DNA of 64,000 nucleotides from an uncultured delta proteobacterium (GTDB lineage Bacteria; Myxococcota_A; UBA9160; UBA4427): NCBI GenBank assembly GCA_963822965.1, contig CAWGJT010000006.1, positions 736,001 to 800,000 of the forward strand, read 5' to 3'. Shown piece by piece: positions 1 to 9,600 of this stretch (position 1 is its first letter; each line of letters starts with the position of its first letter). The notes under the pieces were generated by a model. It saw only the letters and a program-made list of their open reading frames with translations, ran no database searches and was not told where the DNA came from. The position numbers and the translations under genes were made by a program.

Positions 1-260
1 CATCGAGAAGGATGCCGGAAGTGTCTCGGAGCAAGCCATACGACCAGCGCGCGATGACGAGCGATCCGACGATGCCCATGAGTGGGTCCATCCAAGTCCA
101 GCCGAAGAATTTCCCCGTGAGCAACGCGAAGATGGCCGTGCCAGACGTCAAAGTGTCCGCAAGGACATGAAGATACGCTGCCCGACGGTTGTGGTCGTGA
201 TCGTGGTGTCCGGTGCTCGCCTGCGTGTGTTCGTGTGGCTCGTCCCTAAGGGCTTCGGCC
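1..260 (-). pseudogene. dmeF: CDF-family Co/Ni efflux transporter (DmeF-like) fragment; runs off the window, N-terminal TM half not recognisable
   Basis: Manual translation gives HHDHDHNRRAAYLHVLADTLTSGTAIFALLTGKFFGWTWMDPLMGIVGSLVIARWSYGLLRDTSGILLD, matching the DmeF His-rich loop and TM5/6 motif. Upstream sequence is not CDF-like. Confidence 0.7.
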
Positions 261-307
261 TCAGCCGACGCGGCCCCGACGACGTGGCCGTCCGTGCGAG
301 GCGCGCG

Positions 308-460
308 ATGCAGAAGCTCGCGTTGTTCGTCACCGCGTGGGTCGCGGCGTTCGTCTTCCTCCCCGCCGGCTGGGTTGCTCTCGCGCTCCTCGCCTGGGCA
401 GCGCTCGTCCTGCCGGGCATCGTCGAGATGCACCGGGCCTTCCAATCTGTGGATCCCTGA
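308..460 (+). CDS. small hydrophobic membrane protein (50 aa)
   Basis: MQKLALFVTAWVAAFVFLPAGWVALALLAWAALVLPG; two short hydrophobic stretches. Confidence 0.4.
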   Translation: MQKLALFVTAWVAAFVFLPAGWVALALLAWAALVLPGIVEMHRAFQSVDP

Positions 461-744
461 GACGCAGATGTCGAGCAGGTCCCGAGCCATGCGCTCGAGA
501 GGCATCACCCTCCCGCGAGACCGAACGCGGGAACCAACCACGCCGGAGCCGAGCTGCCACAGCGCGCCGGGCTCGGGCACGAAGGCGGTCGATCCGAGCC
601 GGCCGAGGCGCGCGTCTTCGAGCCACACCGTGCCGCCGGGCCTTCGAGCTACGTTCTGGGTCGACGTCCGGGTCCGGGCGTCATGTCGAGCTCCAGGAGG
701 GGCCGAGAAGGCTGCGAGCGCAGCCCACCACGAGGGGAGCATTC

Positions 745-1335
745 ATGGCAAGTCCGCACCGGTCCTTCCACCAGCGGTGGGAAACCTGGAAGCACCTCTT
801 CGAGCTCGAGGAGGTCGTTCTTCTGACCAGCGTGGTGCTGGCGGTCATCGGCATCGGCATCACCGAGCTCTCCCCCACCAGGAGCTACCAGTACTGGCTG
901 TGGATGATCGTGGCGTTCGCGATCGTCTCGCTCGTGCTCGGCTGGTTGAAGGCCCGCAGAGACGGTCGTGACCCGAAACCATTGTTGGGGGTGCAACTCC
1001 TGCACTGGGTCGCGACCTGGGCCGCCGTGTTCGCGCTGTTCCTGATCCTGGATGCCGGACGCCTGAACTTCGACAACATCGGCCTCGTCACCCTGATCGT
1101 GCTGGCGCTGTCCACCGTCCTCGAAGGTCTCCGCGTCGACTGGCGCTTCAGCCTGGTCGGCCTCCTACTCGGAGCGACCGCCGTCGCGGTCGCCTATGTC
1201 GAGGCATCGATCTGGCTGCTGTTCGTGCTCGCCGCGTTGATCATCGTCGCCATCATCTTCTACGCCCATCTGCGTCGAAGGAAGGCTCGAACCCACGGCG
1301 CGGAAGACAGGGAAGACAGGGAAGAGAGCTCCTGA
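745..1335 (+). CDS. hypothetical multi-pass membrane protein
   Basis: GAGGGG RBS before ATG 745; about 6 TM segments; GC3-rich codons. Confidence 0.8.
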   Translation: MASPHRSFHQRWETWKHLFELEEVVLLTSVVLAVIGIGITELSPTRSYQYWLWMIVAFAIVSLVLGWLKARRDGRDPKPLLGVQLLHWVATWAAVFALFLILDAGRLNFDNIGLVTLIVLALSTVLEGLRVDWRFSLVGLLLGATAVAVAYVEASIWLLFVLAALIIVAIIFYAHLRRRKARTHGAEDREDREESS

Positions 1336-1390
1336 GCGGGGCGAGGTCGGCTGCATGCTCCCATCGTCTACCACGTCACCGACAGGCTTC

Positions 1391-1720
1391 TCAGAGGAAT
1401 GCCACGGAGTTGGCGACGCCCCAGCCGGTCGCCGAGCCCGCGGTCAAGCGCGCGGCGTAGCGTCGGAAATGCGCCATCGTGGCGCGCGTGCCCTCGGCCG
1501 TGGCGCCTCCGAAGTAGCGGACGTCGGCGAAGCGCGCGGCGACGAGCGAGACGGCCAGCGCAACGAAGACCGCGTCCAGCCGCGACGGAAGGTCGGCGCG
1601 CTCCATCGCCATCATCGCCAGGACGAGGGCCAGGGCGCCGTTGCCGAGGAGCATCCACCAGGTGCGCAAGAGCAGCCCGAGGGCGGGGATGGACGGGGAA
1701 GAGTCGGATCGATCGGACAT
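1391..1720 (-). CDS. hypothetical membrane protein (109 aa)
   Basis: GGAGG RBS; MSDRSDSS...LLLRTWWMLLGNGALALVLA, about 3 TM segments. Confidence 0.65.
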   Translation of the reverse strand: MSDRSDSSPSIPALGLLLRTWWMLLGNGALALVLAMMAMERADLPSRLDAVFVALAVSLVAARFADVRYFGGATAEGTRATMAHFRRYAARLTAGSATGWGVANSVAFL

Positions 1721-2018
1721 GGGGCCCTCCGAAGAAGGCGTCGGTTGCCGGCAGAGGACAGCTCGGAGAGCTGCCACGACGGCAGTCGACGCGGAGGGCG
1801 GCCCGACCGCTCCGGGATGCCTGCGCCGGGAATCGGCGCACCCGGGTTCAGGCTGCCTCATCCGACGTCGCCTCGCCACCCGCCCCCCACACAGGCCGTT
1901 GTGACGCCGGTACCGAAACCGCAGCTCCCTCCCGGTGGCCAGCCTCGCCGGCCTCGAGGCGCGGGAGCCGAGCGCTCGGCGTCTCAAGCCGGAATCCGGA
2001 GCCGTCGATATACACCAC

Positions 2019-2366
2019 ATGATCCTCCGGGCCATCCTCATCATCTGCGTATCGCTTGCCTGCATGGGTTGCCCCGTCCTGCAGGAGCTCGACAAGAGCA
2101 ACGCAGCCATGGAACGCTACGACAAGACCAAGAAGGCCAAGACCAACGACGGCTCCAGCGCGAAGGAGACCCGCCCGCCCGGATCCCTGGCGGAAGAGAA
2201 GGCCCAGGTGCAGAAGGGGATGAAGCAGTGGTGGCAGGAGGCCAGGTCCCTCAACACCGGAAAAATCGACGAAGGCATCGTGCGCTGCCAGATCCGGGGA
2301 AACACCGAGTACATGCAGCGCGACGACTGCCTGAGCCGCGGCGGCAAGCCGCACGGCGCCGGCTGA
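2019..2366 (+). CDS. hypothetical lipoprotein
   Basis: Signal with lipobox-like Cys (VSLACMGC); C-terminal RC..G...YM..DDCLSRGG motif. Confidence 0.7.
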   Translation: MILRAILIICVSLACMGCPVLQELDKSNAAMERYDKTKKAKTNDGSSAKETRPPGSLAEEKAQVQKGMKQWWQEARSLNTGKIDEGIVRCQIRGNTEYMQRDDCLSRGGKPHGAG

Positions 2367-2504
2367 CCCGGCTGTCGGCGACGGCGGAGCGATCGACCGA
2401 TCTCCTGTCCCAGGGGTGCTCGTCGTAGGGATGCGCGGCGCATCCGTTTCTCCCCAACCTCGAGCCACTCGGCCCAGCGCTTGGCTCGAGAAGGCAGCAG
2501 TGTC

Positions 2505-2590
2505 CCGCCATACGCCGCCCCGCACACGAAGGACAGAAGCCGCGGCGCTTGCACGAGAAGGCGACCAGGCGTTCGCGCCGGCAGAGGGTA
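2505..2590 (-). pseudogene. IS91-family transposase zinc-binding domain remnant
   Basis: RRERLVAFSCKRRGFCPSCAGRRMA is nearly identical to RHERLVAFSCKRRGFCPSCGGRRMA in the intact transposase at 49561-51210. Confidence 0.85.
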
Positions 2591-2659
2591 GGACGAACAA
2601 GCCGCGTTCTTGGCCTGGCGGAGCGAGCCCTCCGGGCTCGCATCGTGGCGTAGGTCGAC

Positions 2660-3292
2660 TCAGCGCGGGTCGGACGGCCCCGCGCACCGCCCCCCGATGC
2701 TCGCGGCGCCGAGGGCCGCCGCCAGCAGCAGGCCGGTCGACGGCTCGGGCATCGGCGCCGGTGGGTAGGCGTCGGCACCGGCGATGGGCGTGACCCGGAG
2801 CAAGACGGTCTGTGCGGATGGGTTGACCACGCCGCCCGCCGTGAAGTACTGGAAGCCGAGCGCGTAGCCCTGGTCCAGGCTCTGGACGCCGCCCAGCGGA
2901 ACGAACTCGTCGAGCGAGTCTCCCTGCACGGCGTCGGAGCCGACGTACTCCTTGAAGATCGCCGTCTGCACGAACGGGTTGAGGACGATCGGGCTCGCGG
3001 CGGAGACGACGTCGAAGTGCAGGCCGAAGTCGGTGTACGGGGTCAGATCGAAGCCGTGCAGGAGCTGGCGCACGGCGACCTTGCCGTAGTCGATCGTGCC
3101 GCCCTCGATCTCGAACAGGACGCCGTCGCCGTCGGCGGTGCGGCTCACCACCTGTCCATTGCCGCCGAAGAGCGCCGTCACCTCGTCGAGGTCGAGAAGC
3201 GCGGCCTGCGAGAGGGTGATCGTCGTGGCAGCCGCCGGTGAAGCGACGACGAGCAGGAGAGCGAGCAGGAGAGCTAGGTAGGATCGGCGCAC
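2660..3292 (-). CDS. PEP-CTERM sorting domain-containing secreted protein
   Basis: GGAGG RBS and GTG start; signal peptide (LALLLALLLVVASPAAA); C-terminal MPEPSTGLLLAAALGAA. Confidence 0.85.
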   Translation of the reverse strand: MRRSYLALLLALLLVVASPAAATTITLSQAALLDLDEVTALFGGNGQVVSRTADGDGVLFEIEGGTIDYGKVAVRQLLHGFDLTPYTDFGLHFDVVSAASPIVLNPFVQTAIFKEYVGSDAVQGDSLDEFVPLGGVQSLDQGYALGFQYFTAGGVVNPSAQTVLLRVTPIAGADAYPPAPMPEPSTGLLLAAALGAASIGGRCAGPSDPR

Positions 3293-3363
3293 GGGGGCCC
3301 TCCCGGACCGACACCATTCTATACCCGTAGAGGATCGAACGGACAAATGATGTTCTTCGCGTG

Positions 3364-3391
3364 GGGTTCGGGTAGGGGCCTTGTGTCGATT
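3364..3391 (+). repeat. dif-like (XerC/D) site copy 1, degenerate
   Basis: GGGTTCGGGTA GGGGCC TTGTGTCGATT followed by the shared CCCCTCAGGGGCCCGGCGG tail. Confidence 0.6.
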
Positions 3392-3679
3392 CCCCTCAGG
3401 GGCCCGGCGGGCGCCTGGTCGCCCATGCGGCTCGGTCGAGGTCGCTCCATCCGCCCAGACTCCATCCAGCACGTCGGTGTCCGAAGCGACCTGTGTCGTT
3501 CCGAACGCCGACTGCGAGAAGGCTCATCATGGCGAATCGCTCGTCCGACGAAGCAACGGCCGATGGGGCGTCCCCACTGAAATTGGTTGGCCGTTCCTGG
3601 ATCGCGGTTACGGCTTCGAAGGCGCGGCCCCACCGTAAGACACGGGGATACAACGAAGGCGCCGAGCACGCCTCCGGCG

Positions 3680-6600
3680 TCAGCGGCGCTGGTTGCAGTA
3701 GAGCACGGCGCACCCGCTGTTGAGCTGCAGCGGCTCGATGGTGGGCGTTGGAGCCGTGTTCTGAACCGTGGGCTGGATCGGCGGCTCCATCGCCGCGCGG
3801 CGCCCCGGAGATGCAGCGCCGTTGTCCGTTCTGTTGACGGTCTGGCTGAACTCGTCGTACGGCTTCCGGAAGCTGTCCGGGTAGTTGTTCATGAACCGGA
3901 TCGTGTCCGTGTTCTCGAGCCGACTCTCGACCGCGTAGTCGGCGCCCCACTTCCCGGTGAGATACGTCATCGAGACGAGCATGCCCGCTCCGGTCCCTGC
4001 TCCCGCCGCGACTGCGATCGAGATCAGGGTCGAGGCCGACTCGGCTCCGCCCTGCGCGATCTTCAGCTCGTCCCCTTCCACGATGCCTTCGTAGGTCTGA
4101 TTCATCGACTTCGACATGGAGTAGGCGTCAAAGGCTATCCCCCCCAGCTTGAGACCCTCGGAGGCCCAGTGCACGGCCCGCCCGCCGAAGCGCGCCATGT
4201 CGTCGAGAGCACCTGATTCGATGCCGGTCTCGATCAGCTCTTTGGCCTGGCGGCCCTGCTCGCGCGCCAGCTCGAAGGCATCGTCCGTGATCGCGAGGAA
4301 GGTCGAGAGCACCTCCTCCGCAACGTCTTCATCGCGGTCCTGCCCGTACTGCGCGTCGTACTGCTCGTCAAAGTCCGTGCCGTCGCCCTCGTCGAGGTCT
4401 TCTGGTGACCGACCAGCGGGATCGACGTAGCGGTAGGGGTTCCCGAGAGCCATTGCGTAGGCGTTCGCGGTGCGCGGCTGAGAAGTCGGCGTCGGTGACG
4501 AGCGCAGCGGGTCTACGGAGAGGAAGACCGGCAGGGTCCCCAGATAGAAGCGCGTCTCGAAGTACTGCAGGCCGGACTCGCGGTCCCGCTCCTTGCCCTG
4601 GAATCCGTAGCCAGCGGAGTTCAACCCCTGGGTCGCCATCTTCGTCTGGATTCGTGTCGCGCCGTAGGGGTAGTAGGAGCTCTCCTCGACGAGGTTGCCG
4701 ACCTCGTCCGTGAGCACGGTCGACGATCCGAGATGATCGAGATGATGGAAGCGGATCCTCGCACTGGCGGGGGGAAGCTCGAGCGCCTGGCTCGAGCGAC
4801 TGGCCCGATAGAGCGCAGCTCCGGGCCCGAGCACGCCAGGCCCATCGGACAGCGCGGAGAGCGGCGGTCCGAGCCTCGAACGCCAGCGCGTCAGGCCGGC
4901 ATCCCACGACCACAGATTCTCGGAAGACAATAGTGTCGACGTTGCCAGGGACTCGAGCGCCGCGAGCCCGACGAAGCCCGGACCGGCACCCGCTGGGTCC
5001 GGCGCACCGGCATAGCTGCCCACCAGGGAAAGCACGGCCGGGGAGGTCGCCAGCAGCCAGACCAGCGAGCCGGCCGGGATGGCCGAACCGGAGTCCAGCA
5101 GCTGGAGAGCGCCCGACGAGGGCTCGACCCGGTAGCCCACCGTGGCGCCGCCGATGTCCAGCCGCGCCGCCGTGTCCTGAGCGTCGACGGCCACGGACAC
5201 CAGGTTCCAGCCGCTACGCAGCCACACCCGCTGGATGCGCGAGGCCGTCGGATCCAGACTGCCCGTCACTTCGGCCGCGCGACCGCGACCGAAGAACACG
5301 AACTTCGTGGGTTGCCGCGCTTCGCGAAGCTCGAAGTGAGAGCTTGGATAGAGCGCCGTCCGAGCCTCTCCCCCGACCAGCCCAGCCCAGTCATGCTTGG
5401 CGGTCACCTTCTTCGTGATCCGACGGCCCGAGTAGTCGTAGCTGTAGTCCGCCCGGAAGTCATCCGTCTCGACGGCCACCAGCCGATCCTTGAAGTCCCA
5501 CGCCGCGGTCACGCCGTCCACGGAAGTCACGTTGCCGTTGGCGTCGTACAGGTAGCTGCGCTGATCGAGTCCGCTGTCGGTCGCGGTGAGGGCATGGGGT
5601 CCCGGCGGGTCTCCAGCGTTTCGAACTCCTCTCCCGAAGCGGCCGGCCACGCCGCCGTAGCTCATCGTCCCGATCTCCGTCAAAGACTTGCCATTCTCGC
5701 TGTGCGTGATGTCGGAGCTCTGGGTGAGCAGGTTGCCGATGTTGTCGTAGGTGTACGAGATGTCGCCGTAGCTCGCCCCCGGATCTTGCGCCGATCCCAA
5801 CCGGTAGCTGGTCAGGCGATGCAGATCGTCATAGCCGAGGCGCTGCGTGTTGTGGCGCGGATTGCCCCCGACGACGCCGTCTCGCAGATCCTCGACGACC
5901 TCGACGTTCGACGTGGGATCGCGCAGATAGCGATAGTCCAGGAGCTCCGACCCGGCGGTCGCTCCGGCGCCGAGCGTCCGGATGCGGCTGAGCCGCAGGC
6001 GGTCGTCGTACTCGAAGCTGGTGACGACTCCATTGCCGTACACCTGCTCGGACAACAGGCCCGATGGCGCGTAGCTCGCGTCGTCCAGGATGGCACGACC
6101 GCCATTCGCGCCGCGGATCGCGCGCAGGAGTCCCCTGGGCGAATACTGCTGCGTGATGCGATCCCCGTCCGGGTACTCGAGCGAAACGAGGCGATCCAAC
6201 GAGTCGTAGCCCATCCGATTGGTGAAGGGCACCAGGACGCCGAGGACAGGGTCGCGAACGAGCTTGGCCGTCCACGATCGACGGTGGCGCTCGTCGTAGG
6301 AGCGGTGCTCCTCTCCGGACAGGTCGACGATGTAGGACAGTTCGCCCGCCGTGAAGCTCGCCTGCTCCGTCGTTCCATCCCCCAGCGCGACCCCACCGGG
6401 TGCCGGCAGATCGTAGAAGTAGGAGACGTCGACCGGATCCGTCAGCGGATCGCCCGTATCGTCGAGGTAGTTCTCCGAAGTGAGACGATTCGCGCGATCG
6501 TACGCGAAGACTACGCGCTGGCCCTTGGCGTCGGTGGTGTCGATCAAGTTGTCGGCATCGTCGAACGCGAACAGGCTCCGCCCGCGATCCGGATCGTCGA

Positions 6601-9600
6601 GCCGAGTCCGCCGGGAGAGGGAGTCGTACTCGCTCTCTACGATGTTCCCGTGGTCGTCCGTGCTGCGGACGAGATTGCCGCGGGCATCGTACTCGTAGAG
6701 CGTGTCGAGGCTGTCGCCGTCCGTGCGCTCGACGACGGTAGCGAGACGGCCCAGCCCGTCCCGGCCGTGTGACTGGAAGGCGCCGGGGGTCAGCCCGGCC
6801 GTATCCCTCTCGTCGTAGGCATCGACGACCAGCGGGCGATGGACCTGCCGCTTCAGGCTGCCGTCGGGATTCTCGTACTCGATGATCCGCCCGAGCGCGT
6901 CGTACCGCGTCAGGTAGTGGGGGTCGCTCGCGTCGGGAAGCTGGTATGCGAAATCCGACGTCGCCTTGGGCAGCCAGGAGCTGCTGGCGGCTCCCCGGTG
7001 GTTGTAGGCCATCGCGCCGGTCTGGATCCATTCACTCGCGAGCTCCCCCTCCTGCTTGGCACCGAGACTGCGCCCCAGACCGTCGACGTGCAGATGCAGG
7101 TCGACGGTGCCTCCGCCGGCGATCTCGCGCTGTCGCGTGACGATGGAACTGAGTCCATCGGAAGCCTCGTTGAGGTGATACTCGTACGCGCGAGTCGGAG
7201 CCGCGATGGAATCGCCTGGCAACACCTCGGAAACGAGCCGACCGAAGCCGTCGTAGCGATACTCGTAGAGGGGACCGGCCGCGGCGAGGTCCCAGGCGGT
7301 ATTGGAGTCCACGACGCCGAAGCCCTCGTGGTAGGTCGCGTACATCGCGATCGAGTATCCATCGAGATGGATCGTCTCGTCGGTCACGTAGGTCTCGAAC
7401 CGGTCGTCGAAGCCGAAGGTGCGTCGGTTGTCACGGGCGTCCTGTGTCTCTACGGCGTTCCCGAAGTCGTCGTAGAGGATCCGCGCGCGTGCGATGAAGC
7501 GTCCTTCCTGGATCAGCTCCGCTTCCCGACGCGTCAGGTTGCCGGCGACGCACTGGCCTAGCGAGAGCCCGTCGAAGAGCTGGCGGCCGTGCGCCTCGAC
7601 GTTGCCCGAGCCGTCCTCGATCGTCGAGTCCTGCTCGCAGCGCAGCTGCCAGTCGCTCGTGTTCAGGACCCAGGTCATGGTCGCGAACGCTTCGTCCACA
7701 GGGGAGGTTGGATTCGCGAACGCGAAGGGGTCTCCACTGCACACACTCGCGTCGGCATGACTCGAGCGGGAGCAGGGCCCCTGGACGCCGCAGTCCGCGT
7801 CGGTGCCGCACAGGATCTGCGCATTTCCGCTGCAGACGCCGCTGGTCAGCAGGCAACCGAAGGGGGGGAGATCGGGCGCGGACACGACGCCCCAGTCCCT
7901 TGCCAGGGTGCGGTTTCCGTACTCGTCGAAGTCCGACTCCGAGACGACGTCGACGCGCGGTCCGATGTCGCGCTCGACCACGGCGCGCCTGGCGCCTGTC
8001 CTGGCCGCCCAGTGCACGCTCTGGCCCAGCGAGCACGCGTCCTCGGGCAGGAGGTCGGCCTCCGGGCTCTGCGCGACCTGGCAGCTTCCCAGTCCCGCAG
8101 CGGAGCATTCGCTGTCGCTGCAGCAGGCGAGCTCGGGGGCGAGGCTGCACGACTTGCCCGTCGCGCCGTACAGGGTTCGCACCTCCCAGCGCGAGTAGTC
8201 GTGCGTGAAGGTCTCACCCGTCACCAGACAGTCGCCGTCCGGACCGTCGCTGCACGTCTCCTGGCGCACCTCGAGAGGCACGCCCTTGAGGGGCTCCTCT
8301 TCGCGGCCACCGTCCTCGCTGCGCTCGTCGATCGACCCATCGCCGTCGTTGTCGACCCCGTCGGGAGCGCCCGTGTGGAAGCTGTGACGGGTCACCAGGG
8401 TGGGCTGGCTGGCGTCGCCGCGGGCGATCACCTCGACCTCGGAGAAGCCCCGGAACTCGCGCTCGAGGCCGTCGTAGTAGCCGTCCCGGTAGCGGAACTC
8501 GGTCCGGTACTCGTCCTCCCCGGGGGTGCCGTCGAGATCGAGCCCGAAGCGCAGCCGCTTCGCGCTCACCACCGTCACCGGGAAGGGCAGGCGGCTCTTC
8601 CAGGGCGTTCCGTTGTTCCGGGCCTCCACGTAGTCGCTGGAGGAGGACTCGTAGTCGATCGTCGTGACGCTGCCGAGACCGTTGTCGATCTTCCGCAGCA
8701 GGTGGGCCGGCACACCCGTTGCGCCGGCGAAGTCGAGGAAGCGCGCGGTCGGGCTCCCGCTTCGGTCGACCAGCACGACATCCGCCGTGCCGTTGGCGTT
8801 GACGTCCACGATCTCGACGACGTCGGGTGTCGGACAGCTGGGGCTCACGTCGCACAGCTCGAGCGTGATGCCGCTCGGGTACGGGCCCAGGCTCACCTCC
8901 TCCAGGACGTTGCCCCCGCGGTTGATCCAAGCCTTCAGGCTCGAGGGACCGAGCCACAGCAAGTCGCCCAGACCGTCGTTGGTGACGTCCTGCCAGCGGA
9001 ACTCGCGGAAGCTGGCGTAGTCGGCGCCGGACGGATCCACCGCATCGCCGGCCAGCGTGATCGCCTGCCCCTGCGCACCGCAGGCGCCCTGGGTTCCGAA
9101 GCCGCCGCTGCCCACGGCGGGGTAGTAGTCGATCCGCTGGATGCCGTCCTGCCCCGGCGTCAGCGCGACGACCACGAGATCCAGCAGGCGATCGCCGTTC
9201 ATGTCCACCAGGAAGGTCTTGCCGCCCTGGAAGAGGGCTCCGGAGACGGGGCCGCAGGCCTGGGTGGCCAGCATCGTCTGCTGTCCCGCAAGCGTCGCCG
9301 TGCGCCGGATCAGCAGGTCCTCGGCCAGGCCGGTCGGCCCCTCGACGGTCTTGACGACATCGATGCGCTTGTCGAAATCGAGATCGACGAGCCGCAGGTC
9401 GGCACTCGCGAAGCCTTCACTGCCCACGAAGCTGTCAAAGCCGAGGATCTTGAAGAGCTCGAACGAGAGTGAGAAGAATCCTCGGCCCGTGCCCGGGTAA
9501 ATCCGGAAGTCGTCGTTGCCGGTGACGGGCCGCGTCACCAGGTCGGCGAAGCCGTCGCCGTTGAAGTCGGCCAGCTGGGTCCCCGGCAGCGACAGCTGCT

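Noticed and set aside
1302..1328. GGAAGACAG tandem repeat
   Set aside because: Short low-complexity coding tail (EDREDREE); not informative
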